Part shown: one piece after another, positions 16,942 through 26,966 of the stretch
Position numbering within the stretch: position 1 is the stretch's first letter
Layout: every line of letters begins with the position of its first letter
Source of the DNA: Candidatus Moraniibacteriota bacterium
Lineage (GTDB): Bacteria; Patescibacteriota; Minisyncoccia; Moranbacterales; UBA2206
DNA: 64,000 bases
Direction of reading: 5' to 3'
Assembly (NCBI GenBank): GCA_049304095.1
Contig: JBAQNU010000010.1
Span: 19,311 to 83,310 of the forward strand
The notes under the pieces: generated by a model
What the model saw: only the letters and a program-made list of their open reading frames with translations
Told to the model about the DNA's origin: nothing
Databases searched by the model: none
Position numbers and translations under genes: made by a program

Positions 16942-18600
16942 ATGAGTAAAATTATTATGTTTGACGAGGAGGCAAGGCAGAAAATCAAAGCGGGAATCGA
17001 CAAGGTGGCGGACGCGGTTAAAATCACCATTGGACCCCGGGGAAGAAATGTGATTATGGACAAAGGCTTTGGCAGTCCAGTTATCACTAACGATGGCGTT
17101 TCGATTGCCAAAGAAATTGAATTGGAAGACAAATTTGAAAATATTGGAGCGGATTTGATTAAGGAAGTGGCGAACAAAACTAATGATAATGCAGGGGATG
17201 GTACAACCACCGCAACTGTCTTGGCGCAGGCGATTGTGCGGGAAGGTTCAAAGCTGGTGGCAACTGGTATGAATCCGATTAGTATTCGCCATGGCATTGA
17301 AGACGCTAAAAATGATGTTATCGCCGAACTGAAAAAAATCTCCAAAGCGATTGGTTCCAAAGAAGAGATTGCTCAGGTAGCGACAATTTCTGCGGAAAGT
17401 GCTGAAATGGGGACTATGATTTCAGAAGTGATTACGCAGGTGGGAAAAGACGGCGTGATTACTGTTGAGGAATCGCAAACATTTGGTTTGGAATATGAGA
17501 TCGTGGAAGGGATGAATTTTGACAAAGGCTACATTTCGCCCTATATGATCACGAGCAATGAAACACTGAAAGCGGAGCTAAAAGACGCCTACATTATTAT
17601 CGCGGATAAGAAAATTTCAGCGGTGGCAGAAATTTTGCCAATTTTGGAAAAAATTACAGCCAGTGGAAAAAAAGAAATTGTGATTATTGCGGAAGATGTT
17701 GATGGCGAGGCGCTCACAACTCTGGTGGTGAATAAGCTGCGCGGAATTTTGAATGTGCTGGCAATCAAAGCGCCAGAATTTGGGGATAATAAAAAAGCGA
17801 TGCTGGAAGATATTGCCACAATTACCGGCGGGCGTGTGATTTCGCAGGAGCTAGGAATGAAACTGGAAACAGCAGAACTCAATATGCTTGGTCAAGCGTC
17901 GCGAATTATTGCCACCAAGGACACGACAACAATTGTTGGTGGTAAAGGCAAGAAAAAAGAAATTGAAGTGCGTGTGACACAAATCCAAAAACAATTATTG
18001 TCCAGCGAAAGCAAATGGGACAAGGAGAAAATTCAAAAACGCCTGGCCAAGATTTCCGGTGGCGTGGCAGTGATCAAGGTTGGCGCGGCGACAGAAACAG
18101 AGTTGACATATATGAAACATAAAATGGAAGACGCGCTTTCGGCAACACGCGCTGCCTATGCGGAAGGCATTGTGGCTGGTGGTGGCGTGGCGCTTTTGCG
18201 AGTAGCCAACGGACTGTCCGCGAAAAGCAAGGCCGACAAGAAATTTAGCGAAAATAATTTGGAATATGGCGTTGGATACAAAATGCTTTTGCGTGCCCTG
18301 GAAGAGCCGGCAAAACAAATCGTGGCCAATGGAGGACAAGAAGATCCCGGTGTGGTTATCTATGAGATTACCAAAAATAAATTAGCCAACTATGGTTTTG
18401 ATGCCAGCTCTGGGGAATATGTTTCTGATATGCTCAAAAGTGGAATTATTGATCCAATGAAGGTGACGAGAACGGCACTAGAAAACGCCGTCAGCGTGGC
18501 TTCAATTTTCCTCACCACGCAAGTGGCTATTGCGGATAAACCAGAAAAGAAGGAAGCGCCAATGGGCGGAGGGATGCCTGGTATGGGCGGAATGATGTAG
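16942..18600 (+). CDS. groEL: chaperonin GroEL (Cpn60)
   Basis: Full-length Cpn60 motifs (AGDGTTTATVLA, GGGVALL, C-terminal GGM repeat MGGGMPGMGGMM). Confidence 0.95.
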   Translation: MSKIIMFDEEARQKIKAGIDKVADAVKITIGPRGRNVIMDKGFGSPVITNDGVSIAKEIELEDKFENIGADLIKEVANKTNDNAGDGTTTATVLAQAIVREGSKLVATGMNPISIRHGIEDAKNDVIAELKKISKAIGSKEEIAQVATISAESAEMGTMISEVITQVGKDGVITVEESQTFGLEYEIVEGMNFDKGYISPYMITSNETLKAELKDAYIIIADKKISAVAEILPILEKITASGKKEIVIIAEDVDGEALTTLVVNKLRGILNVLAIKAPEFGDNKKAMLEDIATITGGRVISQELGMKLETAELNMLGQASRIIATKDTTTIVGGKGKKKEIEVRVTQIQKQLLSSESKWDKEKIQKRLAKISGGVAVIKVGAATETELTYMKHKMEDALSATRAAYAEGIVAGGGVALLRVANGLSAKSKADKKFSENNLEYGVGYKMLLRALEEPAKQIVANGGQEDPGVVIYEITKNKLANYGFDASSGEYVSDMLKSGIIDPMKVTRTALENAVSVASIFLTTQVAIADKPEKKEAPMGGGMPGMGGMM

Positions 18601-18627
18601 AAATTTTTTAAAAAAAAGCACTAAAAA

Positions 18628-18669
18628 GCGGATATTCTACGCGGGCATAGCTCGGGATATCCGTTTTTT
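18628..18669 (+). terminator. hairpin plus T-run after groEL
   Basis: GCGGATAT...ATATCCG stem followed by TTTTTT. The loop is long, so confidence is moderate. An extended -10 TGcTATAAT follows at 18679-18687, before pgk. Confidence 0.35.
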
Positions 18670-18721
18670 ATTATGATGTGCTATAATTAAATCGTTAAGT
18701 ATTGGCTAAATTGAAAAACCT

Positions 18722-19762
18722 ATGAACTTAAGAAGAATTCAAGACGCCGATGTGGCGGGCAAAAAAGTATTATTGCGGGTGGATTTTAATGTTTCCCTGG
18801 AAAACGGAAGAGCAAAAGAAGTTTTTAAGATTAAAGCGGCGAAAGAATCTCTGGATTATTTATTGAGTAAAAAAGCCAAGGTGGCCTTGCTTTCTTATTT
18901 TGGACGACCAAAAGGAAAAGTTTTGCCAGAGTTTTCTATGGAGCAACTGGTGGCGGATGTGGAAGAGTCGCTTTGCGTTAAGCTAAAATTTGTTTCTGAT
19001 TGTGTGGGAGAAAAAGTGCAAGAAGCGATAGAGAAATGGGAAGAAGGGGAAGTTTTGATGCTGGAAAATGTTAGATTTTATGAAGGAGAAGACAGAAACG
19101 ATGAAGAGTTAGCCAAGCAAATGGCGACAGGTTTTGATATTTTTATTAATGATGCCTTTAGTCAGTCACATCGTAATCAATCTTCAATTACCGGAATAAC
19201 TGAATTTTTGCCAAGTTATGCCGGGTTTCATTTGCAAGAAGAAATTGCGGAGATGACGATTGTGAAAGAGCATCCCGTGCATCCTGCCGTCGCGATTATT
19301 GGTGGGGCGAAAATTGAAACGAAATTGCCGGTGATTAAATTTTTTGAAGAAAAATATGACTATATTTTGGTTGGCGGAATGATTGCTAATGAAGCCTTGG
19401 ATCAAAAAATCGAGTTTAGTGAGAAGGTGATTTTGCCGATTGATTTTATTGATGACCGACTCGACATTGGTCCAAAAACTTTGGAAAAATTCAAGGAAAT
19501 TATTGCAACAGCCAAAACAATTGTCTGGAACGGACCGACGGGAAAATTTGAAGAAGAAAAGTATGCCGTCAGTTCTAATGAAATACTCGAAGCAGTGCTG
19601 GCAAGTGGCGCTTTCACACTAATCGGTGGGGGAGAGACGCTAGAAATTCTAGAACGAACCAACGCAATGGAAAAAGTCGATTTTGTTTCCACTGGTGGAG
19701 GCGCGATGTTGGATTATTTGGGTGGAGGCGCGATGCCGGGAATAGAGACGCTAAGAACATAA
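18722..19762 (+). CDS. pgk: phosphoglycerate kinase (compact, 346 aa)
   Basis: N-terminal KKVLLRVDFNVSLENG (compare R.D.NVP) and C-terminal GGGETLEIL...STGGGAMLDYL (compare GGGAS...EGK.LPGV). Confidence 0.8.
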   Translation: MNLRRIQDADVAGKKVLLRVDFNVSLENGRAKEVFKIKAAKESLDYLLSKKAKVALLSYFGRPKGKVLPEFSMEQLVADVEESLCVKLKFVSDCVGEKVQEAIEKWEEGEVLMLENVRFYEGEDRNDEELAKQMATGFDIFINDAFSQSHRNQSSITGITEFLPSYAGFHLQEEIAEMTIVKEHPVHPAVAIIGGAKIETKLPVIKFFEEKYDYILVGGMIANEALDQKIEFSEKVILPIDFIDDRLDIGPKTLEKFKEIIATAKTIVWNGPTGKFEEEKYAVSSNEILEAVLASGAFTLIGGGETLEILERTNAMEKVDFVSTGGGAMLDYLGGGAMPGIETLRT

Positions 19763-19824
19763 TTATTAATAACCAATCCACAATTTCCAGTAAGTTTATA
19801 ATTAGATAATTCACAGTTTGAAAA

Positions 19825-20184
19825 ATGAAAAGATATACCATCGATAATGTTAAAAATTATAAGCAATACAAGAATTGGATTTGTGGACACTTTTTGCCAG
19901 AAAAATATATCCAAAAAAATTCAGATTTTGAGGTAAAATTTAGCACCAATGTCCCGGGACATACAGAAAAAGAACATTTTCATCCTGAAGGAAAAGAAAT
20001 CTGCATTGTTATAGAAGGAGAACTGAAAATGAAAATTGATGGAAAAGAATCAATTTTGAAGGAAGGAGATTTTTTGTATTCTGAGGGAGGAATATGCGAA
20101 GAAGTTTTAGAAACCATAAAACCATATAAAATAATCACGGTGAGAGTTCCTAGTATTCCAAGTAATAAAAAATATATCAAATAA
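19825..20184 (+). CDS. cupin-fold protein
   Basis: HFHPEGKEICIVIEGELKMKIDGKE is a typical cupin two-motif signature. Confidence 0.5.
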   Translation: MKRYTIDNVKNYKQYKNWICGHFLPEKYIQKNSDFEVKFSTNVPGHTEKEHFHPEGKEICIVIEGELKMKIDGKESILKEGDFLYSEGGICEEVLETIKPYKIITVRVPSIPSNKKYIK

Positions 20185-20188
20185 TTTT

Positions 20189-21442
20189 ATGTCAAAAATC
20201 AAAAAAATCTACGCGCGTGAAATCTTGGATTCGCGTGGTAATCCGACAGTGGAAGTGGAGCTGACACTGGAATCAGGAATAATGGCAATGGCAGCGGTGC
20301 CATCGGGAGCTTCAACCGGAACCTATGAAGCACTAGAGTTGCGGGATAATGATCCTAATCGCTATCATGGACTGGGCGTGCTCACAGCTGTCGAGAATGT
20401 CAACAAAAAAATTGCCAAAGTGCTAACGGGGATGGAAGTGAGTGAACAAAAAGAAATCGACAAAAAAATGCTCGAGCTGGATGGAACGGAGAATAAGACT
20501 AATTTGGGAGCGAATGCGATTTTGGGAGTGTCCTTGGCAGCATGTCGCGCAGCAGCGTTGGAAAATAAACTGCCACTCTATGCATATATTGCCAAAACAT
20601 TTAAGATGCCGAAAAAGTTTAAACTGCCGATTCCGATGTTTAATGTAATTAATGGCGGACAGCACAGTGATTCTGGGCTTTCTATTCAAGAATATAAAGT
20701 GGTGCCGAATGGCATAAAAACATTCAAAGAGCAACTGCGAGCAGGAAGCGAGGTTTTTCATGAACTCAAAAAAATTCTTTCGAGCGAAGGATATTCAATC
20801 GGCGTAGGAGATGAAGGTGGTTTTGCACCGCGCTTGGAGAGCAATGCGCAGGCGATGGAGCTGATTAATCAAGCAATCGGGAAAGCGGGATATCAGGCGG
20901 GGACGCAAGTGAATGTGGGCATTGACGCGGCGGCCAATTCTTTCTATAGCGAAAAAGAAGATCGCTATGTGTTCAAGCCGGAAAATTCCACATTGACTCG
21001 TGAGATGCTAATCAATATATATAACGAATGGATCACGAAGTATCATGAGATTTCGGTCGAAGATGGGCTCAATGAAAACGACTGGGAAGGGTGGCACATG
21101 ATGAATGAAAAATTAGGTAATCGAATTATTCTCATCGGCGATGATCTGCTCGTTACAAATGTTAAAAGACTAAAAATGGCGATTGCTAAAAATGCTTGCA
21201 ACGCGGTTCTCATTAAAGTTAATCAGATTGGAACGCTCTCGGAAACGATTGATTGCATAAAACTGGCCAAGAAAAACAAAATGAAAATTGTTGTTTCGCA
21301 TCGCTCAGGAGAGACGACGGATGATTTCATTTCAGATCTCGCAGTTGGCGTTGGCGCAGATTTCATGAAATCCGGTTCGCTTTCGCGCGGAGAACGAATT
21401 TGCAAATATAATCGATTGTTAAGAATTGAAGAAGAAATATAA
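20189..21442 (+). CDS. eno: enolase
   Basis: SKIKKIYAREILDSRGNPTVEVEL N-terminus, SHRSGETTD and KYNRLLRIEEE motifs. Confidence 0.95.
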   Translation: MSKIKKIYAREILDSRGNPTVEVELTLESGIMAMAAVPSGASTGTYEALELRDNDPNRYHGLGVLTAVENVNKKIAKVLTGMEVSEQKEIDKKMLELDGTENKTNLGANAILGVSLAACRAAALENKLPLYAYIAKTFKMPKKFKLPIPMFNVINGGQHSDSGLSIQEYKVVPNGIKTFKEQLRAGSEVFHELKKILSSEGYSIGVGDEGGFAPRLESNAQAMELINQAIGKAGYQAGTQVNVGIDAAANSFYSEKEDRYVFKPENSTLTREMLINIYNEWITKYHEISVEDGLNENDWEGWHMMNEKLGNRIILIGDDLLVTNVKRLKMAIAKNACNAVLIKVNQIGTLSETIDCIKLAKKNKMKIVVSHRSGETTDDFISDLAVGVGADFMKSGSLSRGERICKYNRLLRIEEEI

Positions 21443-21444
21443 AA

Positions 21445-21560
21445 TTTTATAATTTTTAATTTTGTAATTTTATAAATAAATCTAAATTTTTTAATGTTTA
21501 AAACATTTGGAAATTAGAAAATTATTTAAAAATTGGAAATTAAAAATTAAAAATTTAGAG
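21445..21560. repeat. AT-rich intergenic inverted-repeat element, copy 1
   Basis: Shares AATTTTGTAATTTT-TAAATAAAT-TAAATT, TTAAAACATT and AATTATTTAAAAATT blocks with 32886-32990. Both copies lie between a stop codon and the next start. Confidence 0.4.
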
Positions 21561-21595
21561 AATATCATAAATTTAGAAAAGCTTTTTATTATATT

Positions 21596-23152
21596 ATGAC
21601 TAACAAAAAAACACCTACACTCTTAGTTATCCTCGACGGCTACGGTATCGCTCCACCGGGAAATGGTAATGCGATAACCCTGGCCAAAAAACCGACAATT
21701 GATCGGTTATTTCGCGATTATCCTTCGACGACGCTTTGTGCTACAGGCACTTGCGTTGGCTTGCCTGATCACAAAATGAGTGGATCGGAGGCGGGGCACA
21801 TGAATATCGGAGCGGGCAGAATTGTGCTTCAGGACTCGCGGCACATCACTGATAGTATCAAAGACGGCAGTTTCTTCATGAATCCGGCAATTGTTGGAGC
21901 CGTTAATCATGCAAGAGGCACGAGCGGTGATTTTCATCTGATGGGACTGATGGGCAATGGGGATAGTCCGCATAGTGATCCGGAGCATTTTCGGGCAATT
22001 TTAAAATTAGCCAAAAAAAATAATGTCAAAGAGGTTTATTGTCATTTATTTACCGATGGAAGAGACTCCTATCCAAAAAGTGCTAAAACGCATTTGAAAT
22101 ATTTTCGGCGCATGATGGCCGAAGAAGGAATCGGCAAAATCGCCACTCTGGCCGGTCGGTTTTATGCAATGGACAGGGCTAAGAACTGGAGTCGCTTGAC
22201 TTTGGCCTATGACGCTACCGTTTTTGCGCGGGGCGAAAAAGCGAATAGTGCAGAAGAGGCAATCGAAAAAGCCTATGCGGCAAATTTGACGGACGAATAT
22301 TTATTGCCGACAGTTATTTTGGAAAACGGCGAGCCGGTAGCGAAAATAAAAAAAGATGACGCGGTGGTTTTCTATAACTTTCGTTCTGACAGAGCGCGCC
22401 AGTTTAGTAAGCTATTTATTGCCACAGACGAAAAAAGTATCTTGGATGATGATATGCCGATCATTGATAAACTTAAAAATCTCTATTTTGTCACCCTCAC
22501 CGATTTTGGACCAGGACTGGATGAGCACACGGCTTTTCCTGAATATACAATTCTTTCTACCTTGCCAATGATTTTGGGGAAGCTCAAACAGCTCTATATC
22601 GCCGAGTCGGAAAAATTTGCTCATATTACCTATTTTCTCAATGGTGGCTATTCTGACCCGGTTGATGATGAAGAAAGAATTATGATCAAATCGCCAGTGG
22701 TTGATTCCTATGCTAAAGTCCCGGAAATGTCAGCGCGGGAAATAACGGATGTGGTCTCGCAAAGTGTGCAAAAAGATGTCTATGATTTTATCGCAATAAA
22801 TTATGCTAATGCTGATATGGTTGGACATACTGGTGATTTAGCTGCGACAGTCAAAGCTGTGGAATGTCTGGATAAGCAAATTGAAGTTTTGGAAAAAGTT
22901 GTTTTGGAAAAAGGTGGCAACCTAATCATCACTGCTGATCATGGCAACGCGGATGACATGGTTGATTTTGATAGCGACCAGCCCAATACATATCACACTA
23001 AAAATCCCGTGCCATTTCTCATAGTTTCTGAAAAGTTTAAAGGTGGCAAACTGCGTGATGGGGGAGTTTTGGGCAACATCGCTCCGACTATTCTGGATAT
23101 TTTGGAAATTCCTAAACCAAAATTAATGAATAAAGAATCATTATTAAATTAA
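21596..23152 (+). CDS. gpmI: 2,3-bisphosphoglycerate-independent phosphoglycerate mutase
   Basis: LVILDGYGIAPPGNGNAI N-terminus, and MVGHTGD and ITADHGNAD metal-site motifs. Confidence 0.9.
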   Translation: MTNKKTPTLLVILDGYGIAPPGNGNAITLAKKPTIDRLFRDYPSTTLCATGTCVGLPDHKMSGSEAGHMNIGAGRIVLQDSRHITDSIKDGSFFMNPAIVGAVNHARGTSGDFHLMGLMGNGDSPHSDPEHFRAILKLAKKNNVKEVYCHLFTDGRDSYPKSAKTHLKYFRRMMAEEGIGKIATLAGRFYAMDRAKNWSRLTLAYDATVFARGEKANSAEEAIEKAYAANLTDEYLLPTVILENGEPVAKIKKDDAVVFYNFRSDRARQFSKLFIATDEKSILDDDMPIIDKLKNLYFVTLTDFGPGLDEHTAFPEYTILSTLPMILGKLKQLYIAESEKFAHITYFLNGGYSDPVDDEERIMIKSPVVDSYAKVPEMSAREITDVVSQSVQKDVYDFIAINYANADMVGHTGDLAATVKAVECLDKQIEVLEKVVLEKGGNLIITADHGNADDMVDFDSDQPNTYHTKNPVPFLIVSEKFKGGKLRDGGVLGNIAPTILDILEIPKPKLMNKESLLN

Positions 23153-23160
23153 AAAATAAT

Positions 23161-24141
23161 ATGACAAAAATAATTTGTATTGGTTCGACTTGCAAAGATG
23201 TTTTTTTTCCAACTGCGGAAGGGCGTATAGTTGAAACGCCGGAGGAAATTTTAAGTCAAAGGAAGATTGAGTTTGAATTGGGGGCGAAGTATCGGATTGA
23301 GGAGCGTCATGAAGCATTAGGTGGTTGCGCGGCTAACGTGGCAGTGGGATTGGCTCGTCTTGGTGTGAGTGCGGGGTGCTATTCGCATATTGGCAATGAC
23401 AAAAACGCGGATTGGATCTTAGAGGTGTTGGAAAAAAATAATGTTCGGACGGAGTTGGTTACAAAAGATAATGAGCTGTCTAGTGATATGTCCGCGATTG
23501 TGGTGGATGAAAATTCTGGTGAACGAGTGATTTTTTCTAATCAGAAAGCGAATGCAAAACTAGAAATAATTCCCGAGAAAATCAGTTCCGCGGAGTGGCT
23601 TTTCATTGGTGATTTGCATGGCAATTGGCAAAAAGATTTGGATGCAATTATCACCGTGGCGAAAGAAAACAAGATTAAATTAGCCTACAATCCAAAGCAA
23701 AGTCAGATCCATGATGATGTCAAAAAAATTGTAGAAATTATTGCTGGAACAGCTGTGCTTTTTCTCAACAAAGACGAGGCCTTAGAAATTCTTTCTCAGC
23801 TAGGTGATTTTTCCAAAGAAAATCTCGCGGACGAAAATTTTCTTGTAGGGGAGTTGAAAAAGCTAGGCGCGCAAATTGTAGTGATAACGGACGGTGTGCG
23901 TGGTGCCTGGGCCAGTGATGGCGAGGAAGTCTTTTTTGTGCCTGGCCAAGCAGTGAATGCGGTTGATTCGACTGGTGCTGGCGATGCATTTGCCAGTGGT
24001 TTTCTTGGAGCCTATTTTAAAGAAAAACCGCTCAAGGTTTGCCTAGATTGGGGCATCGCTAATAGTTCTAGCTCAGTGCAATTTTATGGAGCAATTAAAG
24101 GATTGCTTGATGAGGAGAGGATTTTGGATAAGTCAAAATAA
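23161..24141 (+). CDS. PfkB-family carbohydrate kinase (ribokinase-like)
   Basis: DSTGAGDAFASGFL anion-hole/catalytic motif and an N-terminal GG dipeptide context. Confidence 0.75.
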   Translation: MTKIICIGSTCKDVFFPTAEGRIVETPEEILSQRKIEFELGAKYRIEERHEALGGCAANVAVGLARLGVSAGCYSHIGNDKNADWILEVLEKNNVRTELVTKDNELSSDMSAIVVDENSGERVIFSNQKANAKLEIIPEKISSAEWLFIGDLHGNWQKDLDAIITVAKENKIKLAYNPKQSQIHDDVKKIVEIIAGTAVLFLNKDEALEILSQLGDFSKENLADENFLVGELKKLGAQIVVITDGVRGAWASDGEEVFFVPGQAVNAVDSTGAGDAFASGFLGAYFKEKPLKVCLDWGIANSSSSVQFYGAIKGLLDEERILDKSK

Positions 24142-24151
24142 CACAATAACT

Positions 24152-26200
24152 ATGAATCTCGAAAAACTATTTAATCCTGGGTCTATTGCCATTGTTGGCG
24201 CTTCGCAAGAAGAGGGAAAGGTGGGGAATGTGATTGCTAAAAATATTCTAGAGTTGGGTTATGCGGGAAAAGTCTATTTGGTCAATCCGAAGTATGATCA
24301 GATTTTTAACGCTAAATGCTACAAAAAGTTAGCTGATGTTGAAGGCGAGGTTGATTTGGTAGTAATGGCCATTCCAGCCAAGTTTGTGGCTTCTGAAATT
24401 CGTGAAAATGCCAACAAGGCAAAAAATTTCGTGATTGTTTCCGCTGGTTTTTCTGAGATGGGGGAAGATGGAAAAGCGCGCGAAGCGGAACTTTTGCAAC
24501 TAGCCAAGGAAAACAATCTCAATATTCTAGGGCCGAATTGTTTGGGCTTTATTATCCCCAAGCTCAAATTGAATGCCTCTTTCGCTAGTGGCCTGCCAGA
24601 AGCGGGTAATGTGGCTTTTGTGACACAATCTGGCGCGCTGGCGGTGGCACTGACCGATCTTGCCAAGGCAGAAAAAATCAATTTTTCACAAATTGTTTCG
24701 ATTGGCAATAAAATGAATATCTCGGAAACAGAAATGCTGGAATATTTAGAAAAAGATGCGGATACGGTGGTGATTGGGATGTATCTCGAAGGAATCAAGG
24801 ATGGCGTTGAATTTTTGAAAGTGGCCAGTCGAGTTTCCAGGACGAAACCAATTGTAATTTTGAAAGCAGGAAAAACTGAGCGCTCACAAAAAGCGATTGC
24901 TTCTCACACGGGAGCTTTGGCCGGAAGTGATGCGATTATGGACGTCGCCTTTGCCAAAGCGGGGATTTTGCGAGCGCAGGACTTGGAAGAATTTTTCAAT
25001 TTGATCGGCTTTATTTCGCACAATAAAGCAATCGCGTGCAACAAAATCGCCGTCATTACCAATGCAGGAGGCTTGGGCGTGCTTGCGACTGATGCATTTT
25101 TGCAAAAAGAAATAGCTCTCGCAGAGTTTAGCGAAAAAACCAAAACGGCTCTGCGAAAAATTTTGCCAGAAGAATCGTCTGTGGAAAATCCAGTTGATAT
25201 CTTGGGAGATGCGTTGGAAGATCGCTATAAAAAAGTATTGCAGATTATTGACAAAGACAATGAAATTGGCGCGGTCATATGCCTGCTCACTCCGCAAGAT
25301 CAAACGCCGGTGGAAAAAATTGCACGGGTGATTGTGAAGTTTAATGCCAAGAGCACAAAAGCGATCGTGGCTTCTTTTGTGGGTGGCAAGAAAGTGGAAA
25401 AAGGTGTGAAGAAATTACGCATGGAAAATATTTTCAATTTTGCTTTTCCGGAAAGTGCAGTTTCCGTGCTCGATGCGTTCTATCGGTGGAAGTGTAAGGA
25501 AAAAAAATCAACGGAAAATTTAGTTGGCGACATAAACCAGGAAAGAAAAATTAAAGCTGAGTCAATTATTGCTCTCGCAAAAAAAGAAAACAGGCGCGCG
25601 CTTTATTTTTCAGAAAGTCGGGCGCTTTTTGAGCTGTATGGCATAAATACGATAAAATCTTTTGAAACTGGCGAAGCTGGCTTTGATTTTCCGGTTGTGC
25701 TGAAAGTGGATAGCGATGACGTTCTGCATAAAACCGATCGCGGTGGAGTCGTTTTGAATCTAAAAAACCAGTCTGATCTGGACGCTGCAGTGCAAAAAAT
25801 GCAAGCCGATTTTCCTGGAGCAAAACTCATAGTGCAACCAATGCTTGCGAGGGACATGGAACTTATTTTGGGGATTAAAAGAGACGCTAATTTTGGTCCG
25901 GTCGTTGTCTACGGCTTGGGCGGAATTTATACCGAAGTTTTTAAATTAGCCGAAATGCTTATTCCGCCATTTTCCCAAGAAGCCGTGGAAAAATCATTAC
26001 AGACGGGGAAATTGAGCTTTCTTTTCAGAGAGACGCGTGGACAAAAAACCTATAATCTAACAGAAATCACCAAAATTATCCTCGCCCTGGGAGCATTTGC
26101 AATTGAGGCGGAAAGTGTGAAAGAATTCGATATTAATCCGCTTTTGGTCTATAATGATGGAAAAGAGGCTGTGGCAGTGGATGTCAAAGTAATTATTTAA
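24152..26200 (+). CDS. ADP-forming acetyl-CoA synthetase / acyl-CoA synthetase (fused alpha-beta, NDP-forming)
   Basis: CoA-binding N-terminus (SIAIVGASQEEGKVGN), succinyl-CoA-synthetase-like core and an ATP-grasp C-terminal half. The track start at 24086 overlaps the PfkB gene, so ATG 24152 (MNLEKLFNP) is preferred. Confidence 0.7.
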   Translation: MNLEKLFNPGSIAIVGASQEEGKVGNVIAKNILELGYAGKVYLVNPKYDQIFNAKCYKKLADVEGEVDLVVMAIPAKFVASEIRENANKAKNFVIVSAGFSEMGEDGKAREAELLQLAKENNLNILGPNCLGFIIPKLKLNASFASGLPEAGNVAFVTQSGALAVALTDLAKAEKINFSQIVSIGNKMNISETEMLEYLEKDADTVVIGMYLEGIKDGVEFLKVASRVSRTKPIVILKAGKTERSQKAIASHTGALAGSDAIMDVAFAKAGILRAQDLEEFFNLIGFISHNKAIACNKIAVITNAGGLGVLATDAFLQKEIALAEFSEKTKTALRKILPEESSVENPVDILGDALEDRYKKVLQIIDKDNEIGAVICLLTPQDQTPVEKIARVIVKFNAKSTKAIVASFVGGKKVEKGVKKLRMENIFNFAFPESAVSVLDAFYRWKCKEKKSTENLVGDINQERKIKAESIIALAKKENRRALYFSESRALFELYGINTIKSFETGEAGFDFPVVLKVDSDDVLHKTDRGGVVLNLKNQSDLDAAVQKMQADFPGAKLIVQPMLARDMELILGIKRDANFGPVVVYGLGGIYTEVFKLAEMLIPPFSQEAVEKSLQTGKLSFLFRETRGQKTYNLTEITKIILALGAFAIEAESVKEFDINPLLVYNDGKEAVAVDVKVII

Positions 26201-26396
26201 TTTACACGACTTACACGCTTACCCGAGTCAGTCGTATTTTCTAAAAAAATCCTGTCTGAGAATGCCTTTTTTCTTCAAAACTTTCCACCGGATGCCGCCG
26301 AGTGAGGGAAAGTTTTGAAAAGAAAAAAGAGCGTTCGAGTTATTTTTTTAGAAAATACGGCTGCGAGGTTAAACGCGTAACTCCTATTAAAATAAA

Positions 26397-26966
26397 ATGC
26401 CAAAAGAAAAACACAAAATTCTCATTGTGGACGATGACGAGACCATTAAAGGCATCTATGTTGATGTGTTCAAAAATGAAGGTTATGAAGTGATTGAAGC
26501 GAAAGACGGAATCGAAGGGCTGGATAGTGCTACTAAACATTTGCCGGATATCATTTTCACTGGAATTATTATGCCACGGATGGATGGCTTTGCCTTGAAA
26601 GAAGCGCTTTCTAAGAATGTGGCAACTAGCAAGATTCCGGTAATGATGTCTTCACATATGGGACGCGAAGAAGATCGCAAAAAAGCGATTGAAATGGGCA
26701 TCAAGAATTTTTTTGTAGTTGGTCTCATTTCTCCTAAAGCTGTTGTGGCTCAGGTGGATGCTATTTTCAAATCTAATGAATATCGCTTGGAACTTGATGA
26801 CGCCGGAACGGATGCTTTTCGCTTGGCAAGTGATTTGAAATTGGAGGAAGGTTTTATTTGTCCAAAATGCAATGGAAAAGCGCTATTCATTTTGCGTGCA
26901 ACCGATCTGGCGAAAAAAGAATTTAGTGCGAATATAATTTGTCCGAATTGTGATGAAAATAAATAG
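26397..26966 (+). CDS. CheY-like receiver-domain protein (possibly a pseudo-receiver) with C-terminal CxxC...CxxC zinc ribbon
   Basis: ILIVDDDE acidic pocket and conserved Lys region IPVMMSS. The phospho-acceptor position appears as TGIIMP rather than DxxMP. C-terminal CPKCNGK...CPNCDEN. Its stop overlaps the recJ start (TAGATG). Confidence 0.55.
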   Translation: MPKEKHKILIVDDDETIKGIYVDVFKNEGYEVIEAKDGIEGLDSATKHLPDIIFTGIIMPRMDGFALKEALSKNVATSKIPVMMSSHMGREEDRKKAIEMGIKNFFVVGLISPKAVVAQVDAIFKSNEYRLELDDAGTDAFRLASDLKLEEGFICPKCNGKALFILRATDLAKKEFSANIICPNCDENK